Position numbers and translations under genes: made by a program. Below, one piece after another: positions 16,631 through 31,460 of a DNA stretch of 64,000 nucleotides. The stretch is taken from assembly GCA_964016885.1 (NCBI GenBank), contig OZ024745.1, positions 39,122,001 through 39,186,000 of the forward strand, written 5' to 3'. The stretch is from Eledone cirrhosa. Lineage: Eukaryota. Below the pieces are notes generated by a model, which was not told the DNA's origin, ran no database searches, and saw nothing but the letters and a program-made list of their open reading frames with translations. The stretch's first letter is position 1. The number at the start of each line of letters is the position of its first letter.

Positions 16631-17830
16631 CACCAATCATGTGTGTACAACAGAGACGCAAGAAAATGATGCTGAGCGAGAGAGAGACAGAGAGGGAGGG
16701 GGGCAGATTCATTGATCATCGTATTAGTGATAACATACGCAACGAGAAGTGAACCGACAACATTCCAAACATGAGTAAATTACACTGACGACAAACCACC
16801 ACGCGGAATATAATAAAAAACATATATGGTTGATTTCACAGAGGAGAAAATGCGTGAGGGACATAAATATATTCTGAAGAATTTAAGGCTGAATGCGTTG
16901 AACTGAAAAGGATTGGTTTTGTAGTTCACAGCAAATTTCGAATCTGTTGATTTTCATATTCTCTGATACTCGCAACATGTGTCAACAGTAAACATGTACT
17001 GACAAGTGACATTTGAGGGAAATGATTTTGTAGCTTATATTTTGTTAATATCATATTCTGAAAATAATGTACAACAATTAAAATGATATATCTGAGACAG
17101 GGCTTTTTGATGAAATCTTACTCAGAGAACTCTTTATTTTTTAAAGTTTAATATACTAGTTGGCTTCGCGTGTGATCATTTTCCAATTCTTAGACCCAGG
17201 GCATAAATCTGACTAATGCCTTTGAATGAATTGTATATTTGTAAGCTGCAGTATTATATCATATCATTTCAAAACATCGTTGTGGGATGTTAAAGAAACA
17301 TAGTATTCATAGACATCACAAAGATCTAGATTATTTTATAATCACCGATAGCCAGCAACATCTTGATGTTTTGTATCTAAAATTCTTATTTCCTGTTTTT
17401 CTATTTGTCTTTGTTCTATTATATTCTCTTATTTCATTGATGATGGATTATTGCAAAAACTGATTATATTTTCGTCTGTATTAGTTTATTATTCTTTATA
17501 TTGTGCTACGATATAAAGTATAATTAGTTATCAGAAAGCTCATTATAAATTAATGTCAAATTGATTAGGAAAAAGTTGATGTGGAAGATGATATCAGTAA
17601 CAATAGCACCGATGGTAGTGATGTTTATGATGATAATGAGGCTGAAGTTGATAATGCTGGTTTTTGAGATGTTGATGATGAAAAAGGATGAATATGATGA
17701 TGGTGAGTTTAGTGATGATGCGTATGAGATGTGTGGTCGATTGAAACGATACACATCACTGACAATATAAATGATGTTGCAGGTGGGAAATAGGAATGTA
17801 GCATCATGGAAACAGCAGCAACCAGATAAT

Positions 17831-17989
17831 TGTTTCTACTATTGGCACAAGGCCAGCAATTAACCAGTACATTACTGGTACTTTATTTCATCGACCCCGT
17901 AAAGATGAAAGGCAAAGATAACCTCGGCGGGATTTGAACTCAGATCGTAACGGGACGTAACTCTTTGCGTCAAAGCATTACGTCCCTTT
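17831..17989 (-). mobile_element. tRNA-derived SINE, 5'-truncated
   Basis: B-box GAGTTCAAATCCCGCC on the minus strand; 11-bp TSD aaccagataat at 17820-17830 and 17990-18000; four copies in the window. Confidence 0.85.
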
Positions 17990-18941
17990 AACCAGATAAT
18001 AATATGAATGAAGTGAAACTAAAATCGCATGCACATCAGTATATTTTTTTTCTTAAAGGATACTAGCCCTCAGCATCACTGATAACCTCTCCCTGCTAAT
18101 GCACTGCACCAACAAAACTAGCATGACAGAAAGAGTATAATCTACCGTTATTAAACCAGAAAAATATTCTCTCCCACACGGCTATTGAACATCTACAATG
18201 CTAAGGTGAGACTCACAATAGATTACTGCTTCAACACATCTTTTGCTGAGACAAACTAGGCCTTATAAAACATTAATTGATTGGTCGTAAGTCAGTCACT
18301 GTTATACTCAATATAGAGTACACAATTATCTGGTCATTTCTCTTCGTATACACGGAATCTCCTCTTTGCACTTCCAATTTCACCGAACCCTTCCCAAATA
18401 ACTTATCTCTCTTGGTTCGCAGGTACAAGGAAATCGCATGAAACGCCCTACCTACTTCTATTCCCGTGTATTTGTTATCCAGCTATGACTTGTAAAAATA
18501 TCATGTGGTTTGTGACATCTTGGCAGAAATCCCATTCTTCAATACCCAACAGCTGAAACACACATTAAACCTTAACTAAACAAAGTAAGAACGGTTTCAT
18601 TTGACATGTTTGTTCTATTGAAAGTGTTTTAAGGCAACAAGTGTAATATCGGTGACATATATCTTTCTAACACGGATGAGCTGTAAAAGCAGGCTCGCTA
18701 TGATAAACATACCAACGTAATCTTATTCAAATCCCATCATTCACTTTTAAAACAGATTGTCATATTATGTAACATAGAAGTATATAGTGAGATGCTTTAC
18801 TCATGTTTATGCAAAAGACTCAGAAACAATAAAACAACATCGCAATAAACAATCAAATATGATCCTTTATATCCAGTTGACGTACTATATAAAGCAGTAA
18901 CACTACTTCTGAATCGAATGAGTTACTGAACATTCATAAAA

Positions 18942-19010
18942 TTAGTGTAAGGGTTAGGGTTAGTGTTAGGGCTGGGGTTAGGGTTAGGGTTAGAGTTAGG
19001 GTTAGGGTTA
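18942..19010 (+). repeat. Interstitial degenerate (TTAGGG)n, ~11 units
   Basis: ttagtgtaagggttagggttagtgttagggctggggttagggttagggttagagttagggttagggtta. Confidence 0.9.
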
Positions 19011-19234
19011 TATTATATGTGAATAAATATGAGATGAAAAAATAATAGAATATCTTCAGTGATTGCCGCGGAGCTAGTCTTTACATTAAATGATGACACC
19101 ACAGGAAATATCCGTAGATCATCTTGGCGAAACAATTTCTACACAGTTGGGAATAATGAGAAATGTATGTATCGATGAAATGCAGGTATTTAATATATAA
19201 TATCAACAATAAACGTAAGTGAAAATAATTCATG

Positions 19235-19625
19235 AAAGCCGTTGGACCAAGCTGATGGCAAAAGACTAGACGGTATGACTATCTTCCCGTTTCCCCGTGG
19301 AAAACAGCTCATCTGAGATGCCACATACATCGACACAGTCTACAATCAGCAACCTGGCAGAGTGTGCGACGAACCCAGGGTCTGCTGCACTTGAGGCCAA
19401 TGACATTAAACTCTCTAAATTTCGGTCACTATCCGACAGGTTTGCGGTCGTACGCGTAGCAGTGGAGACTTCTGATGCTATTGTCCATAGGACCATCACC
19501 CCATTCACCACCACCGGAAGACTTGGCTATCCGCAGGTGTTAGCCATGTGAGCAAGGAATGGCTCTTCCAGCTTGTGTCTCTCACCATCCTCCGGCGAAA
19601 CGTCTTCTATATTCTGTCCGCCGCG
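19235..19625 (+). pseudogene. CRE-like non-LTR retrotransposon restriction-like endonuclease relic
   Basis: DGKRLDGMTIFPF..GKQLI*DAT..DT / PGSAALEA..KLSKFRSL..VAVET / EWLFQLVSLTILRRN resembles the DGKRPDG..WD.T..KY..A.ET.G..QR.S..QRGN pattern. Confidence 0.7.
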
Positions 19626-20332
19626 CCGCGAGGCGGCCAGTGCATGGGCCCTCATTTGCTCATGTTAGTGAGAGATGGGGAAAGCGGGAGAAGCAGAGAC
19701 AGTGGCAGTAGGATTTTTGTTCCATTGTGTTCGAGCCTGGTCTATATATATAGATATATGTAATTGGTGCATGCAATGACTACATACAAATACGAATATA
19801 TATAGAAACAAACAAAACATGATGTGTAAGGAAATTGCTGTTTTGTATACTGCAGTCACATGCACCTAATGCATATACAAATGCACATTGTATGATGCAG
19901 TCAGTGGATGTAGTCAGTTTCGTAATTGTACAGAAAATATTTCCTTCTCTCAATTTCTGTCGGACAAGAAGTTTCCTATTTCTAATGGAACCATATATAT
20001 ACTTATAAATACTCCGTGATTTTCTCCTTGGAAATTTTACCGTAACCTTTTTAACTGGATAACTATGCTACGCCCTACAAGGAACACGCCAAGAAAACAA
20101 ATGTGTGGTAATCAGTCCTTCACATTTATTTTGTTTGAGCATTCTCTTCAAACATAATTGATTTGATTTACCCAAACGAGATTTAATTTCTTTTCTCTCT
20201 CTCTCTCTCTTTCTCTCTCTATCTAAGTCTCTCTCTCTTTATATATATAAATAAATATATATATATATATATACATACATACACTATATATATATATATT
20301 ATATATATAGATAAAAATATATACATATATAT

Positions 20333-20428
<96 letters not shown>

Positions 20429-21902
20429 ATACATATCAATACGGCAAGCTTATTTCATACCCACCTCACCATACTTTCCACTATATTATTGTTTTTTTTC
20501 TAAATATTGTTTTGGGCATGCAATCAAATTTGGGCGTCATTTTGACAGCATAACAATATATACCTTTCAATGAAATCTTGAGATCATAAACAATTCATGA
20601 AAGGAACCATCTGCTAGAGTAACGCAACTGAAAGCAGTAGCAGTATTGCTATTTGGCTGCACCAGCTCGCAAATAAATGTTTATTTGAAATATCCCCAGA
20701 TAATTAAGTATGCAATGATAATGAGTACGCTCGCCATTTAGGACAAATAGGCTATAAAAGAAAGCTCGGATGAAGCGTATTGAGAGTTTTGGCTACATAA
20801 AATATTCTCTGAAGTCAGTAGGGCGTATTTAAGTTGTGCTTCGGAACAAATCCTTTTCATCTGGCTAAACATTCAAGAATACAATAACTATTGATACTCT
20901 ATGATTAGATATACGTCCATAGACGTTATATCCCAGAAAAAATACTACTCACATACGATTGTCAAAATAAATTTAAAAAATATTTTCAAAAGATGAAAAA
21001 AATATCATAATTGCTAATGTACCTCATATAATAAAATGAAAGGATGTTCTGCGAGATAAATTACTTTCTAATATACTACAATTGCTGTTTCGTGCGTTTC
21101 TAGATCCGGTGATGTGATGTACAAAGCGTGTTGGACACATATTGTAAATATACTCCAGTCAAATCAGTAGGTTTTTCTGGAAAACCTTAACCATTAAATC
21201 TGTAATATGTTAATGATGTGTATTTCAAATGTGTTGGTATTTCTCTACATCTTTCGATATTCATTTACAATAAACACGTAAAATTCAAACTTGGTTGCTA
21301 TACAACTAAGTACTACATATATTCGGTTAAGTAATAAGTTGATGTAACATATTCATACTCTAAAGTGCATCTCACCTGTTAGTTTAACCTTAGATGTTTC
21401 ATAAATGAGAAATAGCATACATAAATGAGAAATAGCATACACCTTGCGAAGCTGAAGTAAAAGGGCCATCTGAATACCGTCACATATATATGTGGTACTC
21501 GTAAAACTACAGACACATATTCCTCTGTGTATAAGTATACATTCACATCTTCTTTCATGTTACAATTGCATTACCTCCCCTGTGAAAGTACAAATAGACC
21601 TACACATCTATTTGTATTTTCTATCCCCATTAACCTTTCCCTAGAGTTATTTATTTACCAGCCCCTTACTACTACTTGCAGTGACATGATTTTTCCCTAA
21701 ATTAATAGAAGTACACCAGCGAAATAAATAACGCACTTACGTACGTCGTGGTATGGGGAGACATACCTGATCAATGTATACAATTGATGTAATATTCAGA
21801 AGACATATTCTTTTACACTATCATGTTAATATTAAGATTTCATAGAACATTTAAAATAACCCAGTGAAATCTGGATACATTGTATCTGTTTTGCTTAATA
21901 AT

Positions 21903-22093
21903 TGTTTCTACTATTGGCAGAAGGCCAGCAATTATCCCAGTGCATTACTGGTACTTTATGTTATCGATCCCGTAAGGATGAAAAGCAAAGTAAACCTCGA
22001 CGTTATTTGAACGCAGACCATAAAGGGACGTAACTATGCTGGAAAGAATGGCGTACGAACCTCTACCGATACTGCCAATCCACCACCCAGTTG
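21903..22093 (-). mobile_element. tRNA-derived SINE, near full length
   Basis: Minus-strand A-box-like TGGCAGTATCGGT and B-box-like GCGTTCAAAT; TSD tgcttaataat at 21892-21902 and 22094-22104. Confidence 0.85.
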
Positions 22094-22104
22094 TGCTTAA
22101 TAAT

Positions 22105-24020
22105 GCACCTTAATGATGTATTTTACATGGCTTTCAAAGAGGGTAACTCTGAGAATCACTTCTGTGGGAATATGTTAGATACCCTTGCTGTACATGATCT
22201 GGATAATTATTTAGGGCAGAGGGAACCGTTTGTTCAATCAATAGATCATAAATACCACCCCAGCAAAGAAGTAGACCTACAAACCTTGGCTTGGAAAAAA
22301 AGACCTCCTTCTTCCACTTGCGGTACAATCGGGCGGAGAAAGGTTGGAACAAGGGCAGTAAAGAATTACAAAGTTAAGATATGGAGATGAAGCGAATAAA
22401 GTGTTTTGGCAGACCATCAACCGACTTCATAATAAGGAGTCTTCCTCTTTCACACCAGCTATCAAGAACGCGTTTGATTATCTCATCTCTTCAGAGAAGT
22501 GTATAACGAGGTGAGAAAGAATACTTCGCTGATCTTCTAAACGCGGTCACGAGATCATGTTCTGATGAACAATGATTAATCTATCGGAGGCTGAGGTCTT
22601 AAGCGCATCTAAATTGCTCAAATGTGTTAAAGCCGCTGAAGAGGAGGAGATTCCGCTCGAGATGGTAAAGGTCTTAAGAAGGTATTCTCTGGATGTATCA
22701 TGAATGGCAACTGTTTTGCTCCTCTGGAAAAGCACCTAAGCAATTCCAACTTGAGATATTACTCCTAATTTTCAAAACGGAGACAAGTGTGATTGCTCCA
22801 ATTCTAGATGCATTTCCTTGTTAGGCCTACACGGTAAAGTCAATACTAAAAGATACAGGTACATTATCGTGTCCAAGGTAGTTGATAAACAGTGTGGTTT
22901 TAGCCGCGGACGCCGCAAAGTCGACCAAATATTCACACAGCGCTAGGTCTTTGAGAAATCGTGGGTATACAGCCAAATATTGTATGGTTGCTTCAAAGAG
23001 ATCGAATATAAACGCGTTGCACAAGAACTGCTGCGGAAGAATATGCAGGAGTATGGGATCAATAGCCACATTTTTTGTTGTGATGATGTCTCTATACGAA
23101 TCCCTGACCACTTGCTTTCGGATAAATCGCGTTAAATCGAAACCAATCATTGTAGACATCGAACTCTGCCAGGAGTACATACACTCACCTCGCCTGTTCA
23201 TATATCTCCTCTACTACATTGACATGCGCAACCTGGTTGGAATTGGTATCATGACTGGTGGGTCTAATGTCAGTCGTCTCGCAGTAGTTGACGACATGGT
23301 ATTTCAATTTGTCAGAAGGGGATTTATGACATGCACTTGATATGTTTGATGCAGGTTGCTGCAGGTCTGGAAGGAAATGTAGTGCTGCGAAGACTGAGAC
23401 ATTCGTCATCCCAAGGAACCGGCGCAGTGCACTCTACATGTGAGTGAATCTCCACTCAAGCAAGTGAGGTATCTTAAGGATCTTGGGGCCACGTTTGCAA
23501 CTGATGGAAGGCAGAAAGCTTAATTTAGTACATGAAATGCAGGAGCTGGTGTAATAATACGCCAGCTGCAGCATTCAATAATCCGAAGAAAGAAGGTAGG
23601 TGTAAAATCAAAACTTGTTTTCTTCAGCTCAGTATCCGTGCCAATACTTAACTACGGTCAACAATCTTGTATAATGACCTATTAAATACGATTGCGAATA
23701 AAAGCGACTGAAATAGCGTTTCTTTGAAGGGCTTTGAAATAATGATATTTGAAAGTTTACGTGGGTCGGAGATCAGAGAGACGCTCCATGTAAAACAAAT
23801 ATTTCGGCGAACTGAAAAACCAAATTTCAGATACTACAGACAATCTTTCAGGAATCAATCCATGGGCAGATTTTACGGTGAAAATGAACGGGCAGGAGTC
23901 CTTGGCGATAATTCCGATAAGGATATTTGGAAAACATCCATTAGCTACTTTAATCTCTCTTGGAGATCTAGCCGGATCAACTGGCGTCCGTTGCCTCTGA
24001 CAAAACCGCTGAAATGAGTG
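22105..24020 (+). pseudogene. Decayed RTE-like LINE (APE remnant plus RT)
   Basis: KAAEEEEIPLEMVK, PIFK.GDK.DCSNSRCISLL, QCGFSRG, SPRLFIY, RLAVVDDMV (FADD position), LKDLG, PILNYG, ATEIAFL across many frameshifts. Confidence 0.75.
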
Positions 24021-24787
24021 TTTATAACTGGACAAAGAAAAAAAGATTTCTCCCATATCATTTTAGGTCAAACATGATGCAAATTAAGTTACCTTTTAAC
24101 AGTAGAGACCAGTATAACTTCAATCCCGTTTGTTAGTTTCTCATAACAGTACTGAAAAAAACTATCTCGTTTCTATGTTTTATATTATTCCCTTTATTGT
24201 GAAGATGACATGCTAAATATATACAGAAATATGTCCACAATAAATGAGAAAATTTCATTTTCATCTTTTTTTAAAATTGTATCTTTAAGATATATGTTAA
24301 TTATTTATTTCTTCTTATTCAACTATTTCTCCAAAAGCAATTCATTCCCAAATATGATCAACAATTTTACGCATTATTTTCCCATTAAGATTTCATTACT
24401 TTATTTGAATTTATTTTATGCCTGAAAGGCTAACCGAATTCGATTTACATGGCACTGTGACCAGATTGAAAACGTAGGTATATAATTACATCTATAAATA
24501 ATTCTAATCTATATTGGGAATCTTCATAGAGCGTTTTCGAGAATAATACAATCCTATTTAAACAAGGAATTAAATACTATTGCGATGATCCGATCAGAGC
24601 TTGGTGTTATTGATTTCGTCAGAAATGAAGCCAATAAATGCAACGAGAAGAGTACATAAAAATAAGATTAACAACATGCAAAATATCCATGTCGTATAAC
24701 TTTGTTTCGTAACTGTCCATGCTATCAGACGCACATTATTGTAACCATAAGTAACGCAGCCACTGAATACTGAATTGAACCTACTTA

Positions 24788-25171
24788 GTGACCGCATTTG
24801 TATTTGCTCTTAGCTGACCAAATCAACATTACTTAGTAATTTATACACTCTGGCTTAGTATAGAGTACTGATTTTGGTACCCTCCTCAGTAAACGATGTT
24901 TCTTGTTTTTTCATGAGCAAAACAAGATGGCGTAGGACAGAACAAAGGAGTGGCACAATAACAAAGAAAATAATCACCAGTGACTGAAGAGGTCACATAA
25001 TGTGTGACGAAATAACTTTGACAATATATAAACAATCATCTGGCTGGGGAACCAACCAACCAACCGGAAATTTATAAATTCCTAAATTTATATATTTATC
25101 ATAATACATTATAGTGAAAGCACGGGTGCGTCTGTTTCTTATTGGCAAAATGACCCTCCCAAAGTATAACA

Positions 25172-25257
<86 letters not shown>

Positions 25258-25269
25258 GTGTATGTATAT

Positions 25270-25357
<88 letters not shown>

Positions 25358-25360
25358 GTG

Positions 25361-25412
<52 letters not shown>

Positions 25413-25523
25413 GAGATTCAGTAACAGCGTTTACTGATGAGTCTACCAAAATCAGTACTCTCTACTAAGGCAGAGTGTATACATTACTCAGTAATGTTGC
25501 TTTAGTCAGCTACGAGCGGTCAC
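24788..25523. mobile_element. Inverted arms (24788-24897 and ~25425-25523) of HHR-like family L, enclosing a family D fragment and microsatellite
   Basis: gttta CTGA(G/T)GA gggtacc AAAA tcagt actct..agagt g TA taaat. G12 is A in both arms, which would fit CpG decay. Confidence 0.5.
24980..25022 (+). ncRNA. Type I hammerhead, family D
   Basis: gtga CTGAAGA g gtcaca taatg tgtgac GAAA taac TT tgac. 24900-25170 is the reverse complement of 4800-5050. Confidence 0.7.
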
Positions 25524-25562
25524 TATATATATATGTATATATATATGTATATATATATAGTA

Positions 25563-26105
25563 ATATTAATAAACTAAAATCTAAAGAGGGCTCGATAAGT
25601 ATAAATATATATATCAATTATATAAGAACCGTAGAGCAAATATTTATTAAAATAACAGAATAAAGTTTAAACAAAGAATCGCTGCTTTCACCCTCAACGG
25701 GATCTTCTGAATCTAACGAAGTCAATCTGGAAACGCATAAGTGAATATTTCAAAAAAACGTTGCAACCGGAGGTAGACAGGAAGACGATACTTTGTTTCG
25801 TGGAAACTTTCCCTGGCAAAGAACTGGAAAAAAACGAATATAATACGTCATTATTTGGAGCAGTGAAAAACAATTACACGCTAAGATAGAACCACGCTTA
25901 TGGTATAAAAGAAGTCGTAGACTAATATTCTCTTAGGTGGTTCATAGAGACGTTCTCTGGCAATGAACGAAAAAAACGAAGATAATACGTCATATGTGGA
26001 CCGTGGAGAACAATTGCACGCAAAGACAAAACCACGTAAATGGTATAACTGATGTCGTAGACTAAAATTCTAACACGGAAACCGAATGATACTCCGCTTC
26101 AGAGT
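25563..26105 (-). mobile_element. Family J element with an internal duplication and a CAGAAGA-core HHR at 25664-25714
   Basis: Homologous to 36240-37075, 40085-40300 and 43890-44092. Confidence 0.75.
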
Positions 26106-26763
26106 TAAGAATAAGTAAATAAAATACAGAGGTAATTGAAATTAAATAAATACATACACTCATTCAAATACGTACATACACAAGCACACGCGAATACACT
26201 CGCCATAGGTATACAAATACACGCACATGTAAATATGTGTGTTTGTGTGTGTGCGTGTATACAAATAATAAAAAAAATAAAATAAACGTATATAAATAAA
26301 TAAATACGTATATAACAAGCGCACACACCTACCTACATGTAAATACACAAATGTTCGGAGACGTCAACCGAAACACGAAGTACACATATTCACACATCCT
26401 ACATACGTACGAACCCGCATACTCACACACACGCAAAACTCACGTATACACATAATCAATATATATGTGTAGGTATGTATATTCCCTCTGATACTTTGTA
26501 AAATATTTACATAGATCTATCTGATATACATACCAACACACACAATTACATCTTAGAAACGATCGTAAACTGATGAATTTGTTAATATAAGGAACTGTTT
26601 TCTTTGTTTTTATTCATTGTTTTTATTAATTTATCTTGACCCTGCTTTCCTGTGATTTTCATCGAAAAAAATGTTTGAATACATTATTTCTACTCAAGAT
26701 AATTGGATTACATTGAGTTCTTCATACGGATTGGACACTACCGTATATTTTGGTAGATTTATC

Positions 26764-26809
<46 letters not shown>

Positions 26810-26862
26810 TGTGTGTGTGTATATGTGTATGTGCGTATGTGTGTGTGTGTGTGCGTGTGTAT

Positions 26863-27065
26863 GTAAAAGGCAAATAGAAATAACAACACAATCGGTACAG
26901 TATATAGAAGGGTTATATTAGGTTAAAGCTTGTTATAGTATAGCAGGAAGAGGGTCTTAATGTTTCGGACGCTAGTCCTTCATCGGAAGAAAGAATGAGA
27001 ACTAAGATAGATTGAGGGGGCGGGCGGGATTGTACCAATTGTGTTGTTATTTCTGTTTACCTTTT

Positions 27066-27068
<3 letters not shown>
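26863..27068 (-). mobile_element. Family G HHR element with a short inverted arm; HHR at 26955-26990 (-)
   Basis: Reverse complement: tctt CCGATGA aggac tagc gtcc GAAA ca TT aaga. 27032-27065 inverts 26865-26898. Confidence 0.7.
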
Positions 27069-27130
<62 letters not shown>

Positions 27131-29550
27131 TATATATATATATATATATATACACATATATATTGTGCATGTGCATCTGTTCACCTTTGATGCAGCTGTG
27201 TGAGACCATCCGTGGTTGCGTACTAATCAACAAGATTTGAGTTTTTGGTTGAAAATATATGTAGATGTTTTAGAGCGATATTAAAGTGCATAGGTTAAGT
27301 TTCGCTACAGGTTTCATGTCGGAATCAGATAAATGCACTGAATATACTTCTCGAATGATTTAAATTCCATCATAGCTCCAAATGTTTAGAAATGCCTGAT
27401 GGATAAATTTCATTAAATTATGGAAATCGAGCTTCAACCGTCAGCAGATGTAGAAACATACAAGCTAGAAGCAAACAATCTTCTGAATGATTCAATATGT
27501 TTAGCGCTGGTGTACTCTGTGTAGTGTATGTATTGGTATATTTTAATGTGCATACAGTTCACATGTTACGGAAGTAAGGGAAATGATCTGATGTTTCGCG
27601 CATTTGTAGTTAACATGGTTTGAATTGTTGTGATTACTTCGTGAGTTCATGAATATTTGACTACCATTTCCATTAGATAGAACGATTAGGTTAAAGATCC
27701 ACCGATTGTTTTAATTATATGCATCATGGGTTAATTGAATTAGTGATCTATAAATGGTTTCTGAAAACCAATATGATTAGAGGATTACAGACAAATAGTA
27801 ACACTTAAATGTATATCAATTTGACATTCTTCCTAATATAGCACTTTGATCAGCAAATACGAAGAATGAACTTATTTGAATACCTTTAAATCATATGTTT
27901 GTCCGATAAGAATTTAAACAATTATAGGTAGATTCCAATCAAATTAACCGTTAATTATTTCACTTCCCGCTATCTCCATTGTGTGTGGCAACATTCTAAG
28001 CACAGGCTATATCATGTTCCCCTAATACAAGTGAATGATGAGTAATATTTTTGAAATTGAGGACATGGGATAATTGTATAATCCAACGTCAATCAACGAA
28101 AAACATTAATATAATGAAATTATTTGACTGGCTGAAACTTTACAACGTGATCTATAGTGTTAACATAAATAAATAGAATGCCTAGAATTTTACACCATTC
28201 TATACATCAGTTTGTCAATTTTCAAACCTACGTATTTCGTGACAGATTGCACACAATTTAATCATTATCTGGAATTTTAGTGCAGTATGTATTTTTTTGG
28301 ATGAAACATGTCGTGTAGTTTTGGTAAGAAGTGGTATTGTATTCTGAAATGTTTTCAGTATTCCACATGAATTGTTTCTATCAATATTTGAAACAATAAA
28401 CATGTTTTACATCTTCTATGTTACTCTATACACACTTCAGTAAATCTAGGCAAACGTTTAGTGATTCTAAATGTTGAATTAATAATGTACCTGATTATTA
28501 ATATGATACACTCAATCAGAATGCATGTGAACAAATAACCCAGATTTTAACTCAGGTTGTAAAATCATGTTACAAATATAACTGACGCGAGAATTTCGAC
28601 TCACAGATGCGCGTTGTAAGTTTCGATCGCAAACGGTTCTTATAGAACATTTTATGTGTGTACTTTCGTAAGTGGAACTTCTGCGGATATCATTTGTATT
28701 CGGAGATATTTCCAGCTTTATAATATCATCGGGTCTGCGACTGTTTTAGTAGAGTCCACGTCTCATCCGTCTCATACGTCCGAATTATTTTCGTCCAATA
28801 GCCCAGCGGTGTTACGAACACTGAAAAGCTTCCTTTCCTGTCTATGTGATGAATATCAATTTAAAGCACATGGTAATCAAGCAAAACAAAAATTTCAGGG
28901 ATTTGATTAACAGATATGATGAGCACATTGTGCTAGAGTCAGGTCTATAGCTTTTATATTGAATCTGAGCCACCTATTAGCAAAACGGTTATAACTGTGT
29001 ATAGACAATACAGACCTCAATGTTAAACCTAGCTATGTTTACAATATATCTTTATATATATGTGTGTGTGTGCATGTGTATGTGTGAGTGAGATACTCTG
29101 TGCGATGACGTGTGTGTGTGTGATACTTATAATCTATATGCATTGTTTTCTTTCAATATATTTGTCATTTGTTTACTTTACATTTTTTCCAATATAGTTT
29201 AATAAATAGTTTTCAATCATATAACATTACGCCGTCTACAAGCTACATAATTCGGGCTGCTGGCTGTTTTCTTCTAACATTCATAATTGCAATGTTGATT
29301 TCTGAAGAAAAAAGAATTGATTTGCATCGTAATATATATAATCGATATTGGTTATTTACAGAATGAATGAGAACATTGATGAAATCTCACGATAATCGTT
29401 TATGTATTATCGAATGTGTATCTATGAATCTTCCGCACGGTTTCTTCATGAGGTTTTCACCACTTCCGTCTTTCTTTCTACATAGGATATGCCATCTTTA
29501 TTATATTTAGGTATGAACGTATTCCTTTATCCATCTCTCTTACAATCACT

Positions 29551-29676
<126 letters not shown>

Positions 29677-30083
29677 ATATATATATATATTGATATATAT
29701 ATTCATATATATATATTTTTTTAAATATATATATATATATATATATATATTTAAGAAAATATAGGTGTGACACACCAGTTGTGATATATTAGTAAAAAGG
29801 AACACAAAATGGTGACACATTTTTCCCAGTGATAAATATTTTAATTAGGAATAAGTATAAATTAGTAATAAGTATTTGTTAGTATTCAGTTTTAGATTTA
29901 AGTTTATCGGTGCGCATTTCTTATGCTTTTCAAAAATAATTTTGAGATAGAGTGCTCGTCATTTTTACTCTAATCTGTATATACATATATACAGTAATCT
30001 CTCTCTCTCTATATATATATACACTTGTAAATATATATCTACTAACAAACATATAAGCACAAATATATATATATTTATATAGG

Positions 30084-30114
<31 letters not shown>

Positions 30115-30469
30115 CACTCACCACACATACTTTGTCTGTCCCCTCTCTACCTATCTCTCTCTACATCCATTACACTCTCTCTCTCTCATCTTTGACCTAC
30201 CTCCCTCTCAACATCTATGAACCTGCCCTCTGGGGCAATGAATAATTCCGACCTTAACTATCAACGCATCTCTCCAAAAGTAACCAGTATAATAAAACCC
30301 CTACCATAACATTTTGATTAGGATATCTACAAGCCACTCTCTCCTACTTCTCCAACCCCTGCATATCTTTCTTTCTCTCTCCCTCTTCCCTACTTTTCTC
30401 TCTTCCTTTTCTACTCTATCTTCCCCAACAACCCCACTTAAGGTTATTTACATTGTACATTTACCATTC

Positions 30470-30581
30470 TGCTCTGATGAAACAGTGGTCACAGCATTGG
30501 ATATTCGAGTTCTGCAAGTACTTGTGAATTTGCACGTAGCGTAACTAGGCTGCAGTACCACCGTCGAAACACTTGTAAGCA
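30470..30581 (+). ncRNA. Type I hammerhead, family H, with an 85-nt stem II domain
   Basis: tgct CTGATGA a acagtggt...accaccgt c GAAA cacttg TA agca; ~50 nt upstream of (TA)n. Confidence 0.8.
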
Positions 30582-30628
30582 CACGAAATAAATTACCTTT
30601 TTATGATGTCTACCTGTTATTATTCATT

Positions 30629-30697
<69 letters not shown>

Positions 30698-31080
30698 TGT
30701 GTGGTGTGTGCGTATATATATATATATATAATGTACAAATTTGATAACCAATATTTTGGTCAGGCTTCAAATCCTTAAAAATTGCTCCTTGTCTGTATTT
30801 TCCTCAACCACTCTTAAATATTGAATGTTCATATCAATAGATCCGACCTGTTTCTGTATTCCGTTTCATAGCTATTTATTTTAATCTAAAGGCGCCTCAC
30901 TACACGTGTGCTGTTAACCAATAATTCTAACCACATTATTTCTCTTGTATTCTCTTTGCAACCCCTCATCATATACAAATATGTTTGATTCTCTCTTCCC
31001 AGCTATTTCTTAATAAATAATAATCCCGATATATTACGGATGCACAAAACATTTTCAAAAGATCCTTTGAGAAATATTTA

Positions 31081-31127
<47 letters not shown>

Positions 31128-31134
31128 CTGTGTA

Positions 31135-31226
<92 letters not shown>

Positions 31227-31287
31227 CAGAGAGCCAGAGAGAAAGTGAGACTAAGATGTTACCTACATTTACACGCACGATGCATTG

Positions 31288-31460
31288 TGTATTCCATGAT
31301 TAGTGTTGTCCTATGTGATAGCACCGTTGACACTCTTTCTCCCTATCTCTCTCTCTCACTCGCTCTTTCTATATATATATAAAGAGCGAGTGAAAGAGAG
31401 ATAGGGAGAAAGAGTGTTAACGGTGCTATCACATAAGACACCACTAATCATGGAGTACAT
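31288..31460. repeat. ~80-bp-arm palindrome centred on a short (TA)n
   Basis: ccatgattagtg..ctcgctcttt / aaagagcgag..cactaatcatgg. Confidence 0.85.

Noticed and set aside
17524-17780. Acidic/Met-rich ORF as a host exon
   Set aside because: Degenerate (GAT)n low-complexity sequence with stops in the acidic frame.
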